IMG/VR virus record: IMGVR_UViG_3300020045_002676
Span: 1-39,505 of that record
DNA: 39,505 nucleotides
Direction: 5' to 3' (one strand)
Origin: a virus
Taxonomy: Duplodnaviria > Caudoviricetes
Within the stretch, counting starts at the first letter, position 1; each line of letters opens with the position of its first letter. The notes beneath the pieces are model-generated. The model had not been told where the DNA came from, did not search any database, and was given only the letters and a program-made list of their open reading frames with translations. Below, piece after piece: positions 16,189 through 23,565 of this stretch. The translations under genes and the position numbers were made by a program.

Positions 16189-16355
16189 TGAGTGACTGGA
16201 TTTTCTACTACCTATTTATGGGACTTAGTATCAACTCTGTCCTAGCGTGTATGACCACTCAGAGGGGTGGCGAGCTTAGTTCTATTGGTGTTCTAATCTC
16301 TGTACTTATCTGGCCTGTGACTATCTCAGCTATCATTGGAGGATTGATGAAGTAA
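16188..16355 (+). CDS. Small two-TM membrane protein (55 aa)
   Basis: Manual translation MSDWIFYYLFMGLSINSVLACMTTQRGGELSSIGVLISVLIWPVTISAIIGGLMK; exactly fills the gap between neighbours. Confidence 0.7.
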   Translation: MSDWIFYYLFMGLSINSVLACMTTQRGGELSSIGVLISVLIWPVTISAIIGGLMK

Positions 16356-16781
16356 ATGGGACGCATCGGAGGCCCTAAAACCCGTAACTCTGGCAGATGG
16401 ACTGAAGCACAATTCACTTCCTTTATTAAAGGAAACCTAAGACGCATTACGTCTAAGTGGGGACCAATTCAAGATTGTTTGAGGGAAGCTCGCGTAAGAC
16501 GTGGCTTCTATATCTGTAGTGATTGTAAGGAAGAAGTGCCAGCATCTACCAGAGATGAGAGCGGTAAGAGAGTGAAGAATGTCCATGTTGACCACGTAGT
16601 TCCAGTGATTGATCCAGATATTGGTTGGGTTAGTTGGGATAGTACGATTGACAGGATGTTCTCAGAGCGTGATAATCTACAAGTGTTGTGCTATGAATGT
16701 CATAAGCTAAAGTCTGATGACGAGAAAGCTAGGGCTAAGGTACGACGAGATAATAAGAAAGGGTTAGACGATGACGAATAG
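16356..16781 (+). CDS. Zn-binding HNH endonuclease (core replication/recombination nuclease)
   Basis: CSDC, VDHVVPV, NLQVLCYECH..K; WTEAQF.SFIKG.LR N-terminus; GGAGG RBS. Confidence 0.85.
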   Translation: MGRIGGPKTRNSGRWTEAQFTSFIKGNLRRITSKWGPIQDCLREARVRRGFYICSDCKEEVPASTRDESGKRVKNVHVDHVVPVIDPDIGWVSWDSTIDRMFSERDNLQVLCYECHKLKSDDEKARAKVRRDNKKGLDDDE

Positions 16782-17127
16782 AATATTTGTCTTTGGTTCT
16801 AATCTAGCTGGTCGACATGGTAAGGGTGCTGCTCTATTTGCTAAACAACACTATGGAGCTATCTATGGTGTTGGTCAAGGTAGGCAGGGTGATAGTTACG
16901 CCATTCCTACTAAAGATGAGTGCCTACAAACACTGCCACTAAGAGAGATAAGAGGGTGGACTAATGCTTTCATTGCGTATGCTATCCACCACCCTAATCT
17001 AGAATTTGATCTCACGCCTATTGGTTGTGGATTGGCTGGCTATAGTCAAGACCAAATCAGACCACTATTCAAGTACAAACCTAATAATGTATATTTTACC
17101 AAAGAATGGATTAATAATGACGAATGA
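16771..17127 (+). CDS. IFVFGSN-family phage protein (macrodomain-like)
   Basis: IFVFGSNLAGRHGKGAA, SYAIPTK, TPIGCGLAGY motifs. Confidence 0.7.
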   Translation: MTNRIFVFGSNLAGRHGKGAALFAKQHYGAIYGVGQGRQGDSYAIPTKDECLQTLPLREIRGWTNAFIAYAIHHPNLEFDLTPIGCGLAGYSQDQIRPLFKYKPNNVYFTKEWINNDE

Positions 17128-17380
17128 ATTTGCTACAGAAGTACGTGGGTTTTCCACATTCCAAGACGTTGACAACCGTGTATTGCGTGGTTGGAACCAG
17201 TATAATGTCCTATCCAACATGCATACAAGTAATATGGATGCAGTGGGTGAGGAATATCTAGAAAGCCTGTCTAAGGGTGACAAGCTCTATCTGTACATCA
17301 TCACTGAGTATGTTAAGGAACATGGTCGTGAAGCTACAGGACGAGAAATTCAATTTAATCAGATTGGACTGGTGGCTTAA
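17117..17380 (+). CDS. Hypothetical protein (87 aa)
   Basis: Start reassigned to ATG 17117; coupled to neighbours. Confidence 0.75.
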   Translation: MTNEFATEVRGFSTFQDVDNRVLRGWNQYNVLSNMHTSNMDAVGEEYLESLSKGDKLYLYIITEYVKEHGREATGREIQFNQIGLVA

Positions 17381-17826
17381 TGCCGGGTAAATTTGTTAGT
17401 TCGCGAGAAGAACTGGCTGCTAAGTTAAATTACGATAAAGAAACTGGTATTTTAACTTGGAAATCTTCTGGTAAAGTAGCTGGATCAAAGAATAACGGAT
17501 ATATCCGCATCGGTAAACATGGAGTTTATGCACATCAACTGGCAATTTTTATTGTTACTGGTGAGTGGTGTGCTGAAGTTGATCATAAAAATCATAATGG
17601 TATGGATAATCGATGGGCCAACCTTCGTGCTACTGATAGATTTGGCAACAATAGAAATGTCAGGGTTTCAAAAAATAATAGAACTGGTGTTCTCCATGTA
17701 CACAAACATGTAAATGGTTACGACGTAAGAGTCGGAAAATATTTTAGGAAATTCACAACAGACTTTAAAGAAGCTTGTACATTGGCCACAGAAGCCCGTG
17801 TTAAATATTATGGAGAATACGCATAG
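17380..17826 (+). CDS. HNH homing-type endonuclease
   Basis: YDKETGILTW, AGS...GYIRI, VDHKNHNGMDNRWANLR, NRTGV. Confidence 0.9.
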   Translation: MPGKFVSSREELAAKLNYDKETGILTWKSSGKVAGSKNNGYIRIGKHGVYAHQLAIFIVTGEWCAEVDHKNHNGMDNRWANLRATDRFGNNRNVRVSKNNRTGVLHVHKHVNGYDVRVGKYFRKFTTDFKEACTLATEARVKYYGEYA

Positions 17827-18590
17827 TGGCACGGATTTTGATTTTAGATGTAGAAACGGCGCCTCATCTTGTTTATGTTTGGAAATTTTTTAAGGAGAAT
17901 GTTGGTGCTAAACAAGTGTTGGAAAATGGATATATGCTATCCTTTGCAGCTAAATGGATCGGCGAAGAAAAGGTTTACTATGAGGACTTGTCAAACCAGC
18001 ATGAGAAAGATATGCTCACCGTCCTACATGATCTTCTAGACAAGGCTGATATTGTAGTTGCCCATAATGGTGATGGGTTTGATCTGCCACACATTCAAGG
18101 CAGGTTCATGCTTCATGGTATCAAGCCACCTGCCCCATACAAGCAAGTGGATACAGTGAAGATTGCTCGTCGGGAGTTTAACTTCCCATCCAACTCGCTA
18201 GAGTATTTGGCTAAGGTGCTAGAGCTTGATATTCAGAAGGGTCAGCATAAGAAGTTTCCCGGATTTGAGCTATGGCTCGGTGTTCTGAGGAATGACCCTG
18301 AAGCTTGGGCAGAGATGAAGACTTACAACATTGACGATATCCTCGTCCTAGAGAAGCTCTATCTCAAGTTCCTCCCATACATTCGTAATCATCCTAATGT
18401 TGGTGCGTACAATGATGGTGAAGAACCTGTATGTCCTAAGTGTGGATCAGATCATATTCATTATCGTGGATATGCCCATACAGCTGTCAGTAAGTTTAGA
18501 CGCTTTCAGTGTAATGATTGTGGTGGTTGGTCTCGTAGCCGTCTCCGTGAAAAAGATGTGAATGTAAAACAAGTGAACGTAGGAAACTAA
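17826..18590 (+). CDS. DnaQ/RNase H-like 3'-5' exonuclease with C-terminal Zn ribbon
   Basis: LDVET, AHNGDGFD, YNIDD; CPKCGS...CNDCG. Confidence 0.88.
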   Translation: MARILILDVETAPHLVYVWKFFKENVGAKQVLENGYMLSFAAKWIGEEKVYYEDLSNQHEKDMLTVLHDLLDKADIVVAHNGDGFDLPHIQGRFMLHGIKPPAPYKQVDTVKIARREFNFPSNSLEYLAKVLELDIQKGQHKKFPGFELWLGVLRNDPEAWAEMKTYNIDDILVLEKLYLKFLPYIRNHPNVGAYNDGEEPVCPKCGSDHIHYRGYAHTAVSKFRRFQCNDCGGWSRSRLREKDVNVKQVNVGN

Positions 18591-18591
18591 T

Positions 18592-19008
18592 ATGAATAAT
18601 CTGACGAATGAAAATGTAGACGGTTTCGCCGATCTTATCGATCTAGATAATGACGCTGGTGGTAATGTAATGGATGCTTATCAGGAGCTGGCTACCAAGT
18701 CAGCTGTATACCCCGGACAGGGGACACCTCTTGGTATGGCTTACGTAGCCCTCAAGATGAATGGTGAAGCTGGTGAGTTTGCTGAGCATGTAGGCAAGGC
18801 CATGCGTGATGATAGGTATGGTGAAGATGAACTAACTAAAGAACGTCGTCTTCTCCTTATCAAGGAGGTGGGTGATGTTCTGTGGTATCTCTCAGCAGCA
18901 TGTAATGAGCTTGGTATTAAGCTTTCCGACGCTGCCCTCACTAACCTCGAGAAGTTGGCTAGTCGTACTGCACGAGGTGTACTGAATGGCTCTGGTGACA
19001 ACCGATAA
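18592..19008 (+). CDS. MazG-like nucleotide pyrophosphohydrolase
   Basis: GEAGEFAE..K, KEVGDVLWY, NLEKL.SR..RG.L.GSGDNR. Confidence 0.9.
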   Translation: MNNLTNENVDGFADLIDLDNDAGGNVMDAYQELATKSAVYPGQGTPLGMAYVALKMNGEAGEFAEHVGKAMRDDRYGEDELTKERRLLLIKEVGDVLWYLSAACNELGIKLSDAALTNLEKLASRTARGVLNGSGDNR

Positions 19009-19402
19009 AACTATCTGGTGCAGCGCTGGATGGTTTAGGGGTAGTTTCTATTATGGGTTCTGTCCCTCAGAGAAGGCTTGGAAGAGAGAGGCCAGACGAT
19101 TAGGTAGTGATATTGGCCCTTATCCAACTACCTCTGGCAGGGCCACATTCCTTAATAACAAGGATGGCAAGCGTGTCGTTATCGTTACAGTAAAAGATGG
19201 GTTGGAAAATAACCATAACGCACTAGAAGTGGCTTGTCTACTAGTGCATGAAGCTGTACACGTATGGCAAGAGCTTAGAATAACTATCGGTGAAGATAAG
19301 CCGAGTGAGGAATTCGAAGCCTACTCTATCCAAGCTATTTCACAAGAGCTTATTAATGCTTTTCAAAATTCTAGGAGACAATTAAATGACTGTGGTAAAT
19401 AA
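18986..19402 (+). CDS. HExxH (zincin-like) phage protein
   Basis: LVHEAVH followed by EEFEAY. Confidence 0.6.
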   Translation: MALVTTDKTIWCSAGWFRGSFYYGFCPSEKAWKREARRLGSDIGPYPTTSGRATFLNNKDGKRVVIVTVKDGLENNHNALEVACLLVHEAVHVWQELRITIGEDKPSEEFEAYSIQAISQELINAFQNSRRQLNDCGK

Positions 19403-19733
19403 CACTGGTGTAAAAAATGACATTGGGAAGGTTCGCTTGGAGCTTATTCCACCTGAACTCCTCTTCGCTGTAGGAGACATCTTAACCTTTGGTGCTAATA
19501 AATACGCCGACAGGAATTGGGAAAATGGAATGAAATGGTCCCGTGTATTTGGGGCCTTGATGCGTCATATGTGGTCTTGGTGGGGTGGTAAGGCTCCCAC
19601 CAGTAAGAGCTTCCTGTTTGGTGAACTGGATAGTGAGACAGGACGTTCTCATCTATGGCACGCTGGTTGTTGCCTAGCCTTCTTGATTGCATATGAGGAA
19701 CGAGGGATTGGTGAAGATGACCGAAGCAAGTAA
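19386..19733 (+). CDS. dATP/dGTP diphosphohydrolase-domain protein (DUF5664-like)
   Basis: KNDIGK.R.ELIP, FGANKY..RNWE.G, ALMRH, DSETG.SHL.HA.CCL.FL. Confidence 0.85.
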   Translation: MTVVNNTGVKNDIGKVRLELIPPELLFAVGDILTFGANKYADRNWENGMKWSRVFGALMRHMWSWWGGKAPTSKSFLFGELDSETGRSHLWHAGCCLAFLIAYEERGIGEDDRSK

Positions 19734-20253
19734 AGATTTTATCCAACTTTATAGCGGCATTGATTTCTATTTTCTAGAGCCGACGCCAGACAAGATTTTG
19801 ATTGAAGATATTGCACACACCCTCTCTCTTCTTTGTAGGTTTGGTGGTCATTGTAGAGAGTTCTATTCTGTAGCAGAGCATTCTGTAAGAGCTTCTAATA
19901 TCGTAGCCCCTGAACATGCTTTTGAAGCATTGATGCATGACGCTACAGAAGCATATCTTGTGGATATGCCACGGCCTATTAAACATGTTCTTCAAGGCTA
20001 TCGTGATATCGAACACAATCTTGATAGAGTTATTCGTGAGAAGTATGGTCTTCCTCCTGAAATGTCTAAAGAAGTTCACCTAGCTGATAATATTATGCTA
20101 GCCACTGAACGTCGAGATTTAATGCCAGAAACAGTCACCCCTTGGATGTGGCTACCAGAGCCTTATGGATCAACTATCAAGCCTATGAGTCCTAAAGAAG
20201 CTCAAGAAGTATTTATACAAAGATATAAAGAACTCGCAGTTAGAGAGTATTAA
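19717..20253 (+). CDS. HD-domain phosphohydrolase (YfbR/YfdR-like deoxynucleotidase)
   Basis: IEDIAH.LS..CRFGGH, YSVAEHS, LMHDATEAYL.D...PIK, AD..MLATERRDL. Confidence 0.88.
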   Translation: MTEASKDFIQLYSGIDFYFLEPTPDKILIEDIAHTLSLLCRFGGHCREFYSVAEHSVRASNIVAPEHAFEALMHDATEAYLVDMPRPIKHVLQGYRDIEHNLDRVIREKYGLPPEMSKEVHLADNIMLATERRDLMPETVTPWMWLPEPYGSTIKPMSPKEAQEVFIQRYKELAVREY

Positions 20254-22107
20254 ATGAATTTAGAGAATAAAGTGTTGTCGGACGTAGTGGTCCATACAAA
20301 ATACGCCCGCTTCATGAAGGACTTCAATCGTCGTGAAACATGGGAAGAGTTAGTTTGGCGTAATGCAGATATGCACATGCGTAAATATCCCGATTTGGCT
20401 AAAGCTATTTACAAAACATATAATGACTACGTGATCCCTAAGAAGGTGCTTCCTTCTATGCGTTCACTACAATTTGGAGGAAAGGCAATTGAGCGCAACC
20501 CTTCTCGTATTTATAACTGTGCTTATCTTCCCATTGAGCATACCGATGCTTTTAGCGAAACTATGTTCCTCCTGCTCGGTGGAACTGGTGTTGGCTACTC
20601 AGTTCAGTCTAGGCATGTTGATAAGCTTCCTTTGGTTTTGGGCACTAAAAATCGGACCCGTCGTTATGTAATTGGTGATAGTATTGAGGGATGGGCAGAC
20701 GCAGTAAAGGTTCTTGTGGAGTCTTATTTCTACGGGAAGCTGCGTCCCATTTTTGATTATGGAGATATTCGTGAAAAAGGAACAGAGTTGGTTACGTCGG
20801 GAGGTAAGGCTCCCGGTCCAGACCCGCTTCGAGTATGCTTGGCTCAGGTTGAAGCAATCCTTCACGGGGCCTCTGGACGACGACTTAAGAATATTGAGGC
20901 TCATGATATATTGTGCTTCCTTGCTGATGCTGTACTTGCTGGCGGCATCCGACGGGCTGCTATGATTGCACTGTTCAGTGCAGATGATGATGAAATGATG
21001 GAGAGTAAGAGTGGAAACTGGTGGGAACTCAATCCTCAGCGTGCAAGGGCCAACAACTCTGTTGTCCTGCTCAGAAGCGGAACAACTGAGGAAGTATTTA
21101 AGAGAATATGGGCTAGGGTATACGCTAGCGGTGCTGGTGAACCCGGTGTGTATTGGACAAACAATCTCGATTGGGGAACGAACCCGTGTTGTGAGATTGC
21201 ACTCAAACCATATCAATTTTGCAATCTAACGGAAATCAATGGTGCGACAATCGAAGGTGAAGAAGATATGTATGACCGTTCATCCGCAGCTGCGTTCATT
21301 GGGACACTACAAGCAGGTTACACTGACTTCCACTATCTTCGTCCCATCTGGAAACAAACCACCGAAGAAGACGCCCTGATTGGTGTTGGCATCACTGGTA
21401 TTGGTGCAGGTGCTATTGATGAACGCTGGTTGCCAGATGCTGCTGCATATGTAAAAGGTACAAATGAAGATGTGGCTGAAAAGATTGGCATCAGTAAGGC
21501 CGCTCGTACTACGACAGTGAAGCCTAGTGGCACTAGCTCACTAGTTCTAGGTTCTTCCTCTGGTATTCATGCCTATCACAACGACTTCTATGTGCGTCGT
21601 ATGCGTCTAGGTAAGGATGAAGCTATTTGGAAATACCTGTCTGCTACCCTACCTGAACTGTGTGAAGATGAGTTCTTCCGACCAAAGACTATGGGTGTGG
21701 TCTCAGTGCCACAGAGAAGCCCACAGGGAGCTATCATGCGAACTGAAAGCCCACTAGCCCTGCTAGAGCGAGTTCGAGCCTACAACGAGCTGTGGGTCAA
21801 AGGGGGCCATACGAATGGTGAGAATAGAAACAACGTCTCTTGTACAATTAGTCTCAAAGATGAAGAATGGGACGACGTTGGAGAATGGATGTGGGAATGG
21901 AGAAACTCATACAACGGTATCAGCGTTCTGCCCTACGACGGGGGAACTTACGTACAAGCACCTTTCGAAGATTGTACGGATGTTGAGTATGAACGACTAG
22001 TCAAGTATGTCCATGACATTGATCTGACTAAGATAGTAGAGAATGATGACAATACCAACCTCTCAGGTGAAGCTGCATGTAGTGGCGGAGCTTGCGAAAT
22101 AGTTTAA
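20254..22107 (+). CDS. nrdJ: Class II (adenosylcobalamin-dependent) ribonucleotide reductase, monomeric RTPR-like
   Basis: PSMRSL, YNC, GGTGVGYSV, AGGIRRAAMI, TNPCCEI, FCNLTE, VKPSGT, C-terminal CSGGAC; no small-subunit gene adjacent. Confidence 0.9.
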   Translation: MNLENKVLSDVVVHTKYARFMKDFNRRETWEELVWRNADMHMRKYPDLAKAIYKTYNDYVIPKKVLPSMRSLQFGGKAIERNPSRIYNCAYLPIEHTDAFSETMFLLLGGTGVGYSVQSRHVDKLPLVLGTKNRTRRYVIGDSIEGWADAVKVLVESYFYGKLRPIFDYGDIREKGTELVTSGGKAPGPDPLRVCLAQVEAILHGASGRRLKNIEAHDILCFLADAVLAGGIRRAAMIALFSADDDEMMESKSGNWWELNPQRARANNSVVLLRSGTTEEVFKRIWARVYASGAGEPGVYWTNNLDWGTNPCCEIALKPYQFCNLTEINGATIEGEEDMYDRSSAAAFIGTLQAGYTDFHYLRPIWKQTTEEDALIGVGITGIGAGAIDERWLPDAAAYVKGTNEDVAEKIGISKAARTTTVKPSGTSSLVLGSSSGIHAYHNDFYVRRMRLGKDEAIWKYLSATLPELCEDEFFRPKTMGVVSVPQRSPQGAIMRTESPLALLERVRAYNELWVKGGHTNGENRNNVSCTISLKDEEWDDVGEWMWEWRNSYNGISVLPYDGGTYVQAPFEDCTDVEYERLVKYVHDIDLTKIVENDDNTNLSGEAACSGGACEIV

Positions 22108-22116
22108 GGAAATATT

Positions 22117-22254
22117 ATGTATGGACCTCCAAAAGGTTTTATGGAGACGCTAGTTTTTCTAGCCTCTCTTGGAATTGGATTTTCAGTAATGTCGATCATA
22201 TACGGTATTTACAAACTAACCTATTTTCTTATGTATCATGTGCAGATAGTATAA
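22117..22254 (+). CDS. Small membrane protein (45 aa)
   Basis: AAGGA RBS; MYGPPKGFMETLVFLASLGIGFSVMSIIYGIYKLTYFLMYHVQIV. Confidence 0.6.
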   Translation: MYGPPKGFMETLVFLASLGIGFSVMSIIYGIYKLTYFLMYHVQIV

Positions 22255-22256
22255 AC

Positions 22257-22303
22257 AAATAAAGGGGGCTAGGATGGATCAAACCAACCTGCCCCCTTTT
22301 GTT
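22257..22303. terminator. Bidirectional intrinsic terminator between convergent + and - modules
   Basis: AAAGGGGGC-TAGG...CCT-GCCCCCTTTT hairpin with A-run before and T-run after. Confidence 0.85.
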
Positions 22304-22553
22304 ATTCATCGTTTGGTATCTTTCTTACCATACTAACAATAGCTTTGACATCTTGTCGCAACTCTTTTATCTGTTCTTTAATCTCCTCATCACGAGCTTT
22401 CTCATACTCTTCCCTGATAAGAATTTCACGTTTCAGTAGTTCTATCTGTTGTTCGTTAGTATTAACTTTACGCAACAGGACAATAATACCAGCTAGTAGG
22501 GTTGATACTAGCCCATATATCCATGTATTGATTTCGCTCAACCATACGTTCAT
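22302..22553 (-). CDS. Single-TM coiled-coil membrane protein of lysis cassette
   Basis: N-terminal hydrophobic helix then charged coiled coil; last gene of lysis block. Confidence 0.65.
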   Translation of the reverse strand: MNVWLSEINTWIYGLVSTLLAGIIVLLRKVNTNEQQIELLKREILIREEYEKARDEEIKEQIKELRQDVKAIVSMVRKIPNDE

Positions 22554-22927
22554 TATTTCTTGAACCTGCCGATAAGAGCTTTACTACCATCAATCAGGAA
22601 TACAGCTGAGATCATCCAGCCAGCCCATTCATCCAACGGATAAGGAAGGGCTGCTACATTCCATTCAAATCCACATACACTATCGACGATAACTGCTGAC
22701 CACCAGAAACCTAGTGGTACGACGAAGAACAGCTGGAACCACCATGTGCGTCCCACAAGGAGATTGGCCTGAGCGTTAATCCATGTTTTGGTAACATCCG
22801 CCTTAATCTCTTCCTTCTTCGTCTCGTCATCCATCTTATGTTCAATAACATCTAGGATGCGCTCAAGACCCCCACCAGTGAGCGTGGTGAAAACCCACTT
22901 CCCAACCTTAGTTAGAAATGTAAACAT
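22553..22927 (-). CDS. Putative holin-like membrane protein
   Basis: Two C-terminal hydrophobic segments, basic C-terminus, directly downstream of endolysin. Confidence 0.55.
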   Translation of the reverse strand: MFTFLTKVGKWVFTTLTGGGLERILDVIEHKMDDETKKEEIKADVTKTWINAQANLLVGRTWWFQLFFVVPLGFWWSAVIVDSVCGFEWNVAALPYPLDEWAGWMISAVFLIDGSKALIGRFKK

Positions 22928-23556
22928 TACTTACCTCCACGTAGAAGGGCAAGGAGAAGCTTCACCCACCAAGGGGTAGTGTCATTAGGCTTAGTAGTAG
23001 AAACGCTCTCAGTAGGCTTCTCTGTCGGTTTAACGACAGGTTCTACCACAACACTATCCCCTAGTACGCTTTCTTCACCATAACCAATACGCTTGAGATC
23101 AGCATCATACTGCTTGGCATAGCCAGCAATTAATTCAGCATCATCCAAGCCATTCACAATACGACGGGCCTGTACGAAGTCACTCTTCTGTAGTGTGATA
23201 TAATCACTGAGCTTACGAGAGGTGAACCAGCCCTCAATCATACCATCGAGTAGGATAGGAGCAGCATACTTAGTCTCTAGGAGTAGTGCAGGGTTCTTGA
23301 TAAAATCAACACCAAGTTTAGCCGAAGCCTTCTTGTAGTTGTAATCCCAAGTAATCTGTACGTAACCACGCCCTACATAGGGGTAATACTTCTTAGCCTT
23401 TAGGTATTTCTCACTACCATATTCCTTGACAGGCTTCATGGTGTGTGCAGTTTCATGATATGCTGTCGCTAGCACATACGCTAGCTGATTACGAAGAAGC
23501 CCCTTCTTAGAGGCTTCCTTGATAATCAATTGTGTATCACCCAAATTCAAATTCAT
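22927..23556 (-). CDS. Endolysin, GH19/lysozyme-like family
   Basis: QLAYVLATAYHET..TM.PV.E, Y.GRGYVQITW..NY, ARRIVNG.D.A..IA.YA. Confidence 0.88.
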   Translation of the reverse strand: MNLNLGDTQLIIKEASKKGLLRNQLAYVLATAYHETAHTMKPVKEYGSEKYLKAKKYYPYVGRGYVQITWDYNYKKASAKLGVDFIKNPALLLETKYAAPILLDGMIEGWFTSRKLSDYITLQKSDFVQARRIVNGLDDAELIAGYAKQYDADLKRIGYGEESVLGDSVVVEPVVKPTEKPTESVSTTKPNDTTPWWVKLLLALLRGGK

Positions 23557-23565
23557 TTTATTTCC

